From NCBI GenBank assembly GCA_963824385.1, contig CAWGPD010000004.1, forward strand, positions 635,944 through 699,943: a stretch of DNA of 64,000 nt, written 5' to 3'. The position numbers and the translations under genes are program-made. The notes under the pieces were generated by a model. It searched no databases and had not been told where the DNA came from. It saw only the letters and a program-made list of their open reading frames with translations. Within the stretch, counting starts at the first letter, position 1; every line of letters begins with the position of its first letter. Origin of the DNA: an uncultured Nitrososphaerota archaeon (lineage in GTDB: Archaea; Thermoproteota; Nitrososphaeria; Nitrososphaerales; Nitrosopumilaceae). Of this stretch, positions 43,453-55,918 are shown piece by piece.

Positions 43453-44506
43453 GTGAATGTCAAGTTGACTAAACAATCAGAGGGCCTAGTAAGCATAATA
43501 ATTCTCAACTATAATGCAGGACAATTACTGCTTGATTGTATAGAGTCAATCTCCAAGACAGAATATGACAACTATGAGATAATTTTGGTAGATAATGCAT
43601 CAACTGACAAGAGCTACAAAAAATGCAAAGAGAAATTTAACAATATACATCTGATTGAAAATGAGAAAAATCTAGGATATTGTGAGGGAAACAATGTAGG
43701 AATAAGAGAGGCAAAAGGAGAGTATGTGGCAATTCTCAATCCAGATACCAAAGTAGAACCAAATTGGTTAAACGAACTTGTAACAGCATGCAAAAAACAA
43801 GGAGATGCACTGTACCAGCCAAAAATATTGGCATTTGAGAATAACATCTTTGAGAGTGCTGGAAACATGTTACATGTATTTGGTTTTGGCTATCCAAAAG
43901 GAAGGGGTGAGACAGACAAGGGACAATATGATAATCCCAGAAGACATCGGCTATGCCTCAGGAGCATGTCTGTTTACATCAATGAAAGTTCTAGATAAAA
44001 TAGGTCATTTTGATCCGTTCTTGTTTTTGTATCATGATGACTTGGAACTTGGATGGAGAGCAGCACAATTAGGCATAAAATCATGCTATGTTCCTTCTGC
44101 TGTCATATATCATTTAGCAAGTTACAATCTAAAATGGAGTGCACAAAAGTTTTTTTGGTTAGAAAGAAACCGACATTATTGTTTACTTACACATTATTCA
44201 AAAAATACATTTTACAAAATGTTGCCAGCTCTTACAGTTGTTGAATTGATGGTTCTGGTATTTTATTTTTCAAAAGGATTTGGCAAGGCAAAATTACGAG
44301 CATATTGGGACATTTTAAAAAATAGAAAACACATATCAAAAAAATATGCAGAATTAGAGTCCAAGAAAATAATTACAGACAAGGAACTGATAAGAAATCT
44401 TCCTGATCAAATGTCAATACCTAATTTTCTTTCAGGCTCTTTTGCAAATAAAATATTCAATTCTACAATTTCTAGTCTAAGCAAGATAGTAAAGAAAATA
44501 TCATAA
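43453..44506 (+). CDS. GT2 family glycosyltransferase (frameshift near 43935)
   Basis: SIIILNYN, VDNASTD, NLGYCEGNN, LNPD, SGACL, FLYHDD. Confidence 0.88.
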
Positions 44507-44525
44507 CATATTTCAGCAATTAACT

Positions 44526-45581
44526 TTAGAAAACATCATAATCTCCAAATGAAAAGAACCAGTTATCATATTTTTTTAATTGTTCCAAGTCTTTTCTGTT
44601 TGGATCTGAATTAATTAGTATAAAGTGAGCCGACTGGGGTTTTAGGAATTTTGGAGCAATTTTAAAGCCAGCACTAGAAAGCAGTTGATACTCAACTGTT
44701 AGAGGTCCAGATATGGCAATGGTTACCGAGACACCAGATTTCCAAAAGTCATCAAGTGCAATTTGTACCAAGTCTTTGATTCCTGCAGGATTTGCATCTG
44801 AATCTACCATAAAGTCAACAATAACTCCTACAGATTTTCCATTTATCTCGGTTTTTCTTGTAATTACATATCCCTCAAGTACAGAATTTTTCCTCAAAAC
44901 AAAGGTCTTGTATTGCCTAGTAGGACTATTCCTATACCTCCAGTTAAGAAATTCTTTTGTTCTCTGTTTTATAACAGGAATCCTTTGACTTGCTTTTGTG
45001 GCAAGTATCTCAAAAGATTCGTCAAAATGGCCATTAAATTCAATAACATTTGGATTGACACTTTTTTTTGCCTTCCAAATATTATCAAAGATGCGTAACA
45101 CAGTACTAATAGGAAATGAAAAATAATTTGATAGCCTCAATGGTCTAAATAAAATAGGCATGTTTGAGATCTCATAAGATCCTTGTCTTACAAACGAATT
45201 AAACGAATTATCATTTGCTACACCATAGATGGATAGAATATTTTTTTTCATGGATTGCTCTAGCACCATAGAAATCAATTTTGAAAAAATTCCTTTGTTT
45301 CTATAGTCTGGATCAACATACGAATTGCATGACAATGATGCTTTTACAATTTTTTGATTCACAAGTATATTCATTGGTAAAATAGATTCCACGCCAACTA
45401 TTGTATTTTGTTTTTCGTCATCTTTTGCAGTTATTACAATGGCCTCACCCTCTGGATTATTCAGATATTGCCAATCAAAGAAATCAGATTTTGAAATTTC
45501 TACATCTCCAAAAATTTTTCTTGTCAGTTGAAGAATTTGATCCTTATCTTCCTTCAACTTGTCAGACTGGGAAAATTTCAT
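44526..45581 (-). CDS. GNAT family acyltransferase (tandem GNAT)
   Basis: WQYLNNP, VDPDYRNKGIF, LNWRY. Confidence 0.82.
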   Translation of the reverse strand: MKFSQSDKLKEDKDQILQLTRKIFGDVEISKSDFFDWQYLNNPEGEAIVITAKDDEKQNTIVGVESILPMNILVNQKIVKASLSCNSYVDPDYRNKGIFSKLISMVLEQSMKKNILSIYGVANDNSFNSFVRQGSYEISNMPILFRPLRLSNYFSFPISTVLRIFDNIWKAKKSVNPNVIEFNGHFDESFEILATKASQRIPVIKQRTKEFLNWRYRNSPTRQYKTFVLRKNSVLEGYVITRKTEINGKSVGVIVDFMVDSDANPAGIKDLVQIALDDFWKSGVSVTIAISGPLTVEYQLLSSAGFKIAPKFLKPQSAHFILINSDPNRKDLEQLKKYDNWFFSFGDYDVF

Positions 45582-45665
45582 ACAACTATTTTTTATTCAT
45601 ACAAAATAAGAGTATTTGTCAACTCTCAAAGGATATAAACTTGGCAGGAGCTCAAAGAATAGTAA

Positions 45666-46506
45666 TTGAATCTACTAGGAATAGATTTTGAAGATTGGTT
45701 TCATCCAGAATTAATCCAGAGGCACATAACTGGATTAGACAAGACACCCACGGTAGTAAATGGAATAGACAAGATACTAGATTGGCTAAGAAAGAATGAA
45801 ACTTTTGCAACTTTTTTTGTGGTAGGAGAGACTGCTTGAGGGAAAACCAGAATTATTGGACAAAATAATCAACGGTGGGCATGAGATTGCATTTCATACC
45901 ATGTATCACACACGAATTGACTCTCCAAACTTTAAAGAGAAATTCATAGAAGAAATCAAACTGTTTGACAGGCTAACTTCCAAAAAGTCTAGAGGTTTTA
46001 GAGCACCGTCTTTTTCGTTAAATCATTCCAGTTCTTGGCTCATAGATACACTAGCAGAGAATAATTATCTATACGATAGCAGTGTGATGCCTGCAAAAAC
46101 AAAATTATATGGAATTCCAAATGCAGATGTCAAGCCATACAAGATAACCAGTTCATCATTAGAACAAAATGACCCTTCTGGAAAAGTAACCGAGTTTCCT
46201 TTATTGACTACAAAACTATTGGGATATACCATTCCTGCATGTGGTGGGTTTTATCTTAGATTTTTACCACCAAAGATTATTGAAAGAGCAATCAAAAGTA
46301 ACATGAAGAAAGGCATTCCTGCAGCATTTTTCATTCATTCATGGGAACTTACACCAGAATTAATGCCAAGGATAGAGTTGCCTTTCTCTGATAGTTTCAT
46401 AACATATCACAATATTGGCAAAGCACTATCAAGAATGGATAGTCTTATCAAGAAATTCAAATTTACTTCATTTGAGAGATTTATTTCAGAAAATTCTATA
46501 AATTAA
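45666..46506 (+). CDS. Polysaccharide deacetylase (DUF3473-type; frameshift near 45840)
   Basis: TTG 45666 MNLLGIDFEDWFH, ATFFVVG, GHEIAFH, GFRAPSFS, YDSS, GGFYLR, HSWE. Confidence 0.85.
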
Positions 46507-46540
46507 TTATTGAAAAATCATTTCAATAGATGATTAAGAA

Positions 46541-47480
46541 TTATTTTTGTGTCTTGAAGAATTGAATTGTTTTTTCTATTCCGTCTCTTACTGGAATGTC
46601 AACTTTCCACCCAAGAGAACAAAGTTTTGTATTATCTACTAGAAAGTTTCCTACATCGACTTTTTCAGTATATTGTGGGGGGTCTATGTATTTTATTTTA
46701 GCACCTGTTAGCTCCTCTAACCAAGTTCCTATTTCATAAAACCAGGTTTTCTTGTATAGATGAGATCCAGTATAAATTTCCAGATTTTCCTTTGTGCATT
46801 ATAGTTTTAAGAGCTGATACCACATCAGAGATGTAAATCACATCTCTGAAGAACTGGCCTTTGTTGTAAATTGTGACTTCCTCTCCCTTGTATGCTTGAT
46901 GTATCAAGAAATTTAGAGCATTTTTTATTGGAGTCTCTGATTGTTCTCGCGGTCCAAAAGAATTTGTTATCCTAAATGATATAGTATCCAAACCATATAC
47001 ATTATGATATATTTTTGAAAAATGCTCACTTGATAGCCTATTGATTCCATAAATGGTCGTGGGATTACAAGCAGTTTCTTCAGTAACTGGAAGTTGAGTA
47101 GGTCTTCCTATTACAATGAACGTACTGCCCAAGATGAACCTGCATTTTGGATTTACTTTTCTAATCTTCTCAAGAATACAAAGAGTGGATTTTGAATTTA
47201 CTTCCACGTCATAGAGCGGATTATCAAATGATTTCTTGTGGGATGTCTCCCCAGCCAGGTGAAATATAACTTCAGGATTGTTATCTTCTATACTTTTTTC
47301 AAGTTGGGCAAAATTTGTAACATCAACATATTCCAGTCGTATCTTGTCTAGATTTTGAATAACGTTTTGTTTCTTGTTGTCATTTCTTGCCAAAAGTGTA
47401 ACCTCATGTCCATCCTTTAACAATTCATCACATAGATGGCTTCCTACAAATCCTGTACCGCCAGTAATTAGTACTCTCAT
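46541..47480 (-). CDS. NAD-dependent epimerase/dehydratase (frameshift near 46755)
   Basis: TGGTGFVGSH, FHLAG, NSFGPR, RDVIYISD. Confidence 0.85.
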
Positions 47481-47625
47481 TTACTGCACCCTAAAATAAT
47501 CAATCATTACAGATAGCATTACAGAGTTTGGATTTAATATTATCTCATATGACGAATTTTATCCAATTTACAAGAATAGATACCAATTGAAGAGTAATAT
47601 AGTGTAAACAAGAAAAAATACAAGA

Positions 47626-48794
47626 TTGAAAAATATAGTTCTTAAAACTCGATTCAAAGGTGCAATACTTACATGGATTGTACAATGAAATGATCAAAAA
47701 TCCTCCTCCGGGTTACAAAATTACACCACCTGGAGATATGGAAAAAAGTCAACTTACCAAGGTTACATTCCAAGTAGACAGTAATTTGTATAAAAGATTC
47801 TTGTATCAGTTTGGTGCATTTCCATATCTTACTACACAACTTGCCGGAGAGAAAGTTGATTATGAAAACTGTGATCTAATATTTGCAGCACAGCATCTTA
47901 TCAAGACAGAAAGGCCATGGGTTGTAGATCTTGAATTTGTAAATGCGCTTGCAGGTTACTGCAATATTAGTTTAGTAAAAAAGATAATTTCAAAAAAATT
48001 AAGATCAAAGGAATGCAAGGCCATTCTTCCATGGAGCAATTGGGGTGCAAATACAGTATTGAATTCCATGGATTGTACTGGGTTTAAGGATAAAATCAAG
48101 GTTGTAAGATATACGGTATCTCCAAAAAATATTGAGAAAGTCCCTAAAAAATCTGGAATACGGATGCTTTTTCTTGGTAGCATAAACCAGTGTGGAAGAA
48201 TGAGAGAGATGTACAAGGGATTATACGAAAATGTAGAAGCATTCATCCAAATACAGGACAAATATGATGATCTGGAACTTGTAATTCGTTCAAGTGTAAC
48301 TCCTGAGGTCAGAGCAAGAGTAAGCAAGTATCCAAACATCAAGATAATAGATTCCCAGTTATCATACTCACAACTTGAAGAACTTTACCGTTCTACAGAT
48401 GTGTTTCCACACATAGGATATGAGGCCATGAATTTATCAACTCTAGAGGCCATGAGTTATGGAATTCCAGTAATAGCAACAAATCTCTACAACATACCAG
48501 AGGCCATCACCCACATGAAAAATGGAATGCTGATTGATTTACCAGATTCTACATTGCTATACACTAAGAATGGATGTCCAAATGAATATGCCAATCCGCC
48601 CATAAATATAATGAAGAAATTCAGAGCAGCCGTGATTGAAAAAACCAAGGACTGTATGAGAATGTTGATCGAAGATTCATCCTTACGTCAGAACATGGGA
48701 AGAGAAGCTGCTCAAACTATCAAGAGTGGAGAGTTTTCCATGGAACACAAAAACTCTATACTAAAAGAAATTTTTGATGAAGCTACAAAGATAG
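47626..48794 (+). CDS. GT4 family glycosyltransferase (appears in-frame with the next gene in this sequence)
   Basis: LFLGS...KG, YEAMNLSTLEAMSYGIPVIAT, PEAI. Confidence 0.8.
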
Positions 48795-48841
48795 ATTTAC
48801 AAACAAATGATTCTAATATTAGTTGTACAAGAGATTTTCCA

Positions 48842-49861
48842 TTGACCAAGAACAGCAAGCTTAGAGATAAACGAGTGCTTGTTACTGGCGGAGCAGGTTT
48901 CATAGGTTCTGAGGTTGTAAGGCAACTCCATAGTTTGGGTGCAAAAATAATAGTATTTGATAACTATTCATCCGGAAGAAGAAGATACATAGATAAAATT
49001 CCAAATGTTACCCAAGTCAGAGGTTCTATTACAAATCCCTCTAAAGTAAATGATGTTGTAAGCAAATCAGATTACATAATAAATTTGGCAGCATTGCCAT
49101 TCATTCCAGATTCATTTTACTATCCTGGAGAATTTTTCAAGGTAAATGCAGAGGGTACAATCAATGTCACAATGGCAGCAATTAGATCAAAACGAATCAA
49201 AGGATTTGTTCACATTTCTACTAGTGAGGTTTATGGTACTGCAAAAACTGTACCAATGTCAGAAGATCACCCAACTTTACCTCAATCAACATATGCAGCA
49301 AGCAAACTTGCAGGCGAGAGAGCAGTCTTTACATTACATAAAGAGCATGGATTACCTGCAGTTATCATAAGACCATTCAATAGCTATGGACCAAGAATTA
49401 CTCAGCCTTACATAATTCCAGAAATAATAAGCCAAATTTTCCACAACAGAAATTTTGTAAAATTAGGAAATGTTGAATCATCAAGAGATTTCACATTTGT
49501 TTCAGATACAGCAAGAGGAATGATAGCTGGCCTTACAGCAGAAAAAGCCATAGGTGAAACCATCAATGTTGGAAGCAACACAAGTTATAAAATAAAAGAT
49601 CTAGTCATGCAGATAGCAAAAATTATTGGAGAGAATGTAAAGATAGTAATTGATAAAGAACGTTTTAGGCCCTTTGATGTTCAAAAACTTGTTTGTGATT
49701 ATAGAAAAGCAAGAAAGATGCTAGATTGGACACCAGAGATACCCATTGAAGAAGGACTAACAAAAACAATCGAGTGGATGAAGACCAATTCACCAGATTT
49801 TGCTACACCTTTTGAAGGATGGGCAAAAATATACAGAATGAACCTAACTCAGAAGAAGTGA
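48842..49861 (+). CDS. NAD-dependent epimerase/dehydratase
   Basis: VLVTGGAGFIGS, STSEVYG, YAASK, RPFNSYGP, RDFTFV; probable own TTG start at 48842. Confidence 0.85.
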   Translation: MTKNSKLRDKRVLVTGGAGFIGSEVVRQLHSLGAKIIVFDNYSSGRRRYIDKIPNVTQVRGSITNPSKVNDVVSKSDYIINLAALPFIPDSFYYPGEFFKVNAEGTINVTMAAIRSKRIKGFVHISTSEVYGTAKTVPMSEDHPTLPQSTYAASKLAGERAVFTLHKEHGLPAVIIRPFNSYGPRITQPYIIPEIISQIFHNRNFVKLGNVESSRDFTFVSDTARGMIAGLTAEKAIGETINVGSNTSYKIKDLVMQIAKIIGENVKIVIDKERFRPFDVQKLVCDYRKARKMLDWTPEIPIEEGLTKTIEWMKTNSPDFATPFEGWAKIYRMNLTQKK

Positions 49862-49865
49862 GGTC

Positions 49866-51137
49866 ATGACTTCAGTAGATCCAGCAATCATCAAATTAAT
49901 AAAAAAAAAATTTGAAACAAAGCATGAATTTATTCCTGGAAAAACTACAATAAAATTAATCGAACCTGCTTTTGGTCCAGATGAGATAATAGAATCACTA
50001 GATTCTTTGCTTACAACAAATGTTACAATGGGTTCAAAGGTAAAAAGATTTGAAGGTCTTTTTTCAAAATATTTAAAATCTGGTTTTGCATCAATGGTAA
50101 ATTCAGGTTCTTCAGCTAATCTAATAGCATTATCATCATTAACCAATCCTTGGTTTTCACAAAGAATAAAAAAAAATACCGAAGTAATAACACCTGCAGT
50201 TACATGGGCAACAACAGTTTATCCCATAAACAATCTCAATCTAAAACCAAAATTTGTTGACATCAATTTAGAGAATTTCTGTATGAAAACGGATGACTTG
50301 GACAAGGCAGTGTCATCCAATACTTCTTTGTTATTACCAGTACATTTGCTTGGCAATGTTTGTGACATGTCAGTAGTAAAAGAAGTGGCCACAAAGAAAG
50401 ATCTTCTAGTCATGGAGGATTGTTGTGAAGCCCATGGTGCAGAATTCAAGGGAAAAAAAGTAGGAACAATAGGAGACATAGGAACTTTTAGCTTCTTTCT
50501 TTCTCATCACATTACTACCATTGAAGGAGGAATGATAGTAACAAACAATGAATCATTGCACGAATTATCAAAAGCATTAAGAGCATTTGGATGGATTCGA
50601 GATCTGAAACTTAGAAACAAGTTCATAAAAAAACATCAAGAAATAGATCCGAGATACATGTTTGTAAATACAGGCTATAATCTAAGACCAACTGAGATTC
50701 AAGGAGCTTTTGGAATTCATCAAATTAAAAAATTAGAGAATTTCATAAAAATAAGAAAAGAAAATACAAGGTTTTGGACCAAAAGATTTTCACAATACAA
50801 AGATTACTTTATTCTTACTAAAGAGGATCCACGTACAAGATCAGTTGATTTTTGTTATCCTCTAACAATTAGAAAAGAGTCACCATTTAGTAGAAAATCA
50901 CTATTAAGTTACCTACAAAAAAAGAAGATTCAGACTAGGCCAATAATGTCAGGCAATTTTGTAGAACAGCCAACAATAGAATTCATCCCTCATCTTAAGC
51001 ATGGTAAATTAGAGAATTCAAAATTGGCCATGCGTAATTCATTTTTCTTTGGAAATCATCATGCAATAGGAAAACAGGAAAAAGAGTACATAGTTGATGC
51101 AATAGCGCAGTTCATAGAGAGAAAATTATGGAAATAA
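49866..51137 (+). CDS. PLP/PMP-dependent sugar 3-dehydrase (ColD/RfbH-like)
   Basis: NSGSSANL, EDCCE, GTFSFFLSHHITTIEGG (His at the catalytic Lys position), GYNLRPTE, RPIMSGNF. Confidence 0.85.
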   Translation: MTSVDPAIIKLIKKKFETKHEFIPGKTTIKLIEPAFGPDEIIESLDSLLTTNVTMGSKVKRFEGLFSKYLKSGFASMVNSGSSANLIALSSLTNPWFSQRIKKNTEVITPAVTWATTVYPINNLNLKPKFVDINLENFCMKTDDLDKAVSSNTSLLLPVHLLGNVCDMSVVKEVATKKDLLVMEDCCEAHGAEFKGKKVGTIGDIGTFSFFLSHHITTIEGGMIVTNNESLHELSKALRAFGWIRDLKLRNKFIKKHQEIDPRYMFVNTGYNLRPTEIQGAFGIHQIKKLENFIKIRKENTRFWTKRFSQYKDYFILTKEDPRTRSVDFCYPLTIRKESPFSRKSLLSYLQKKKIQTRPIMSGNFVEQPTIEFIPHLKHGKLENSKLAMRNSFFFGNHHAIGKQEKEYIVDAIAQFIERKLWK

Positions 51138-51177
51138 TAAAAAATGAACATTCAAAGATTATCAGTCATTACATCAA

Positions 51178-52129
51178 ATGGACGATAACAAAATGGAATT
51201 AAAAGACAAAAAAATTGTAGTTACAGGAGGATCTGGATTTCTAGGTTCAAGAATAGTGAAACTTTTACAAGAAAAAGGAGTCAAGGATATCATAGTACCA
51301 CGCTCAGATACCTGCGATTTACGAAAAGTTGAGAATTGTTCAGAAATTACCAAGGGTGTAAACATTGTATTTCATGCAGCAGGAAATGTTGGAGGAATTG
51401 GATATAATAAAGACCACCCAGGCTTCTGTATTTTTTGACAATATCATGATGGATACGTTAATGATGGAAGAAAGTAGAAAGAACGGAGTAGAAAAATTCA
51501 TTGCAATAGGAACCGTTTGTAGTTATCCGAAATTTGCTCCAGTTCCATTTTCAGAAGAACAGATCTGGGATGGTTATCCAGAGGAGACAAATGCATCATA
51601 TGGTTTATCAAAGAAAATGATGATGGTCCAATCAGAGGCATATAGACAAGAATATAATTTCAAATCAATTGTATTATTACAGACAAATCTTTACGGTCCT
51701 GAAGATAATTTTGATCCTAGTACATCTCATGTCATTCCTGCATTAATTCAAAAAATTCATGATGCAAAAATCTCAAAGAAGTCAGAAATTGAATTATGGG
51801 GCGATGGAAGTCCCTCACGTGACTTTTTGTATGTAGATGATGCAGCAAGAGCCGCTATACTTGCTGCAGAAAAATATGAAAAAAGTGATCCCATCAACAT
51901 AGGTAGTGGAAGAGAGATTACAATAAAAGAACTGATTGAATTGCTAAAGAAACTGATGAATGCTGAGAATCTCATCATCAAATGGAATACTCAAAAACCA
52001 AATGGACAACCACGACGTTGTCTCAACATAGAAAGGGCAAGAAGAGAGATGGGTTTTGCTCCCATAGTTAGCATGGAAGAGGGATTGAGACGAACTATAG
52101 AATGGTTTGAAAGTACACACAAAGCATAG
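51178..52129 (+). CDS. fcl: GDP-L-fucose synthase / ColC-like epimerase-reductase (frameshift near 51422)
   Basis: VGGIGYN, GTVCSYPK, YGLSK, NLYGPEDNF, SHVIPAL, WGDGSPSRDFLYV. Confidence 0.88.
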
Positions 52130-52186
52130 ATTATTTTGAAATTTTTCAATTTCACATAGATTCTATCCAGAAATCATACCAACTTT

Positions 52187-53110
52187 ATGGTATGCTTATA
52201 TCTGCCAAAGATGGACATCAAAGTAATTTTGATAGCTATAGGAATCCCAGCATATAATGAGGAAAAAAACATTGCAAAGATAATCATCAAACTACAAAAG
52301 GTTGCAGACAAGGTCATAGTCTGTAATGATGGTTCTTCTGATCTAACAGGAGAAATATCAGAAAGGCTTGGTGCAGTAGTTATCAATCATCCAAAGAATT
52401 TAGGATATGGTGCAGGAATTAGAAGTATTTTTCAAAAGGCTAAAGAATTAGACGCAGACATACTGGTTACATTTGATGCCGACGGTCAACACAGAATAGA
52501 AGATATTCCAACAGTATTAGAGCCACTGATTAAAAATGAAGCCGATATATCCATAGGATCTAGATTTCTAGGCAAGGATGACAGTAATGTTCCTAAATAT
52601 AGAAAAGCTGGAATTAAAACAATAACCAATATCACCAACACATCATCAGATCTGAATCTAACTGATTCCCAAAGTGGTTTTAGGGCATATAGCAAAAAAG
52701 TCTTACAAGAAATCATACCATCTGAATATGGAATGGGAGTATCTACAGAAATTTTAATCAAGGCAGGCAAAAAAGGATTCAAAATAAAAGAAGTGCCAAT
52801 CATTGTTTTGTACGAAGGTGATACATCTACTCATCACCCAGTATCACATGGAATATCTGTAATAATGAGCACTATGAAATTCATATCAATAGAACACCCA
52901 TTGAAATTTTACGGCATACCAGGAATAACTTTTCTTGGAATAGGATTATTTTTCATTGTGTGGACTCTACAGATATTTGCAGCTACAAGACAAATCATAA
53001 CTAATGTTTCCCTGATAGGAATTGGTGCAATAATCATGGGCACAATGTTAACAATGACATCTATTATGCTATACTCCCTCGTTAATGTGGTAAGAGAACG
53101 CAGTGGATAA
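52187..53110 (+). CDS. GT2 (DPM1-like) glycosyltransferase with two C-terminal TM helices
   Basis: IPAYNEE, NDGSSD, DADGQH, GSRF, DSQSGFRAY. Confidence 0.9.
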   Translation: MVCLYLPKMDIKVILIAIGIPAYNEEKNIAKIIIKLQKVADKVIVCNDGSSDLTGEISERLGAVVINHPKNLGYGAGIRSIFQKAKELDADILVTFDADGQHRIEDIPTVLEPLIKNEADISIGSRFLGKDDSNVPKYRKAGIKTITNITNTSSDLNLTDSQSGFRAYSKKVLQEIIPSEYGMGVSTEILIKAGKKGFKIKEVPIIVLYEGDTSTHHPVSHGISVIMSTMKFISIEHPLKFYGIPGITFLGIGLFFIVWTLQIFAATRQIITNVSLIGIGAIIMGTMLTMTSIMLYSLVNVVRERSG

Positions 53111-53141
53111 GTAATTGTCACAATCCGAGATAACATAAGAG

Positions 53142-55905
53142 ATGTCAGGTAGTATGAACAAGATAGGTAGGATAATTACAAAATTCAAAGATTTAACAAC
53201 TTTAGGATTTGCAAATATTTTATCATCTGCAATTTCAGGAATTTTTTGGTTTTATCTTGCGTCATTATTAGGAACGTCTCACTATGGTGAAGTAAGCTGA
53301 CTTTATAGCAATAGCCAGTATAGCATCAACAGTTTCATTTCTTGGTGCAAGTACTACAGTAATTGTTTATACTGCAAAAGGGGAAAAAATCCTTTCCACA
53401 ATTTTTGCTGTTACAGTAATATCAACTACATTGATTTCTTCATTGTTGTACTTTTTATCTTTTTAAGAATTTTGGAGTAAGTCTGTACATAATTGGTTCA
53501 TTTATCTTTAGTCTATGCTACAGCAGATATTCTTGGTCAGAAATTATACAAGAGATTATTCACAATATCTAATAACCCAAAAATTACTTTTTGTTAGTTT
53601 TGCATTAGGCATTTTATTATTTAATTGGACCACAGGGAGTAATTCTTGGTTATGCAGTATCATTCTTTCCATATTTTAAGAAGGATATACCAGGGATTCA
53701 AGGAATCAAAAGTAAACATTTCTTTGATAAAACCGCATGTTGGTTTTATGGTAAATAGTTACGTATTAGATTTATCAAGAGCATTTAGCGGTCAAACCGA
53801 CAAGTTGATTGTTGCACCATTGTTGGGCTTCTCACTTTTAGGAAATTATCAGTTAGGTTTACAGTTTCTTTCTCTTTTAGGGATTCTTCCGAATATTGTA
53901 TATCAATACATACTGCCCCATGACTCTAGCGGGACGTCTAATAAAAAATTAAAAAAGATGACAATTTTGGTCTCTATTGTACTAGCTATTCTTGGAGTAT
54001 TTCTTGCCCCTGTGATTTTGCCTCATTTATTTCCCAAATTCAAAGAGGCAGTAGGAGTTATCAGAATCATAAGTTTGGCAATAATACCCATGTCCATAAA
54101 CCTAGTTTACATATCAAAATTCCTTGGAAGTGGACGAAGTAGAACTGTTCTAGTCGGCTCTGGAATATACTTGGTAGTACAAATTTTATCAATTTTCACA
54201 TTAGGAAAGTTGTATGGTGTAAATGGAGTAGCTTGGGCATACGTACTAGCAATATCATCAGAAGCCATTTACTTGATCATAATAGATAGAGTTACTCGAA
54301 AGAACTATCCTGAAAAAGAAATTGAGATTATACAAAGTACAGAGCAAGAAGAGACACCCATTAAGAAAGATGACATTTTCACATCATCATTATTTACAAT
54401 GTTTGAAGGTAAACTAGAGTTCTCTAAAAAAAATATTATTGCAGCTCTAGTAATAGTTGCATCAATAGGATTAATTTTTAGGTTATATTTCCTTCATACA
54501 ACAATACCTCTGATTTTGGATGCATTACAATATTTTTGGTATGCAAATGATCTAAGTATTCTTGGACACCTTCCAAAATCAGGTGTTGCAAATAACGGCT
54601 GGCCTACATTTCTTGGTATTTTCTTTTCAATATTTCATTTCAACGATTTTCTGTCATATATGAATCTGCAACGAGTACTTACAATAATAATTTCAGTTTT
54701 GACAATAATTCCCCTATATTATTTATGTAGAAGATTTCTTACCAAGACTCTTTCCATAGTTGGTGCTACACTATTTGTTCTAGAACCACGTGTCATCCAA
54801 AATTCACTATTAGGAATTACAGAACCTTTGTACATATTTTTACTAGCAAGCTCTTCTTGTCTTATACTTTCAAAAAATAAATTGTACACTTATACTTCCT
54901 TTGGAATTGCTGCCCTTGCAACACTTGTACGTCTGGAAGGCATTTTCATACTTGTTACTATTTCAGCATGGTTTTTTATTTTCAATAGAAATGAAAAAAA
55001 GAAATTATTAAGATTTGCAATAGGAATAGTCGATTTTCATTCTAATCTTGTTACCAGTTGCACTGATACGAACACAATCAGAGGGAAGTGACTTTCTATC
55101 TAGCCGTTTATCTGGTGAAGCATCTGCTTTAGTGAATTCAGGAACTACCTCGGTTCACTGGCTGAAAGATATCTCAGATTCTTTCAAATTGACTGGGTGG
55201 TCACTTGTTCCAATCTTTGTATTTTTGCTTCCAATTGGCCTTTATGCCATTTTCAAAAATCGAGATAAAAACGGCATGATAATTATAATAGGAATAATCA
55301 TAATGGCAATACCTGCCGAGTATGCACTTTCTCTATCAGAAGCACAAGATACACGATATCTATTACCCCTATATCCATTTTTTAGCATCCTGTCTCTTTT
55401 GGGAGTAAAGTATTTCACAGACGGTAAGAGAAATCAAACAGTATTTTCTATTTTAATAATTATCTTTGTTTTAATAGCATCAGGTGGTTTTCTTCATCTC
55501 AAAATTACGGATCAACAGCATGAGAAAGAGGCTCTTGAATTATCAAGATATGTAACCAATTCAACAATGGGAGTTAATGACTATTATCCAGAAGCTGGAT
55601 ACATACAGATTGCAAAAATATCAGAGTTGAAGAGTTTTCCAGCACTTTCTGATTCAATTACACCTTATCCAAAAATCATATCCACGTATGGATTTACATC
55701 GCTTGAGGATTACATCAAATTTGGCAAGCAGCAAGGATTGACTGATCTAGTTGTGGATGATTCTAAAAGTAGACCGGAATTTCTAAGTGATGTTTATTAT
55801 CATGATGACAAGTATCCTTTCCTAACAAAGATATTTGACTCATCAGAACATGGATTCAAGTATCATCTTAAAATTTACAAAATAGATTACGACAAGTGGA
55901 ATTAA
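53142..55905 (+). CDS. Oligosaccharide flippase (Wzx/MOP-like) apparently fused to GT-C (PMT/GT39-like) glycosyltransferase; several frameshifts
   Basis: ATG 53142 ...ANILSSAISGIFWFYLASLLG.SHYG; DKLIVAPLLG..LGNYQ (flippase); after a charged linker DALQY, GITEPLY, RLEG, DTRY (GT-C). Confidence 0.7.
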
Positions 55906-55918
55906 GATATAATAAACA

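Noticed and set aside
47660..49861. 733-aa GT4-epimerase fusion in the ORF track
   Set aside because: Removing one A in GCTACAAAGATAG (48782-48794) gives ...A-T-R-stop exactly where GT4 proteins end. A TATA-like CTAATAT lies ~25 nt before TTG 48842. Given the indel rate, two separate genes are more likely.
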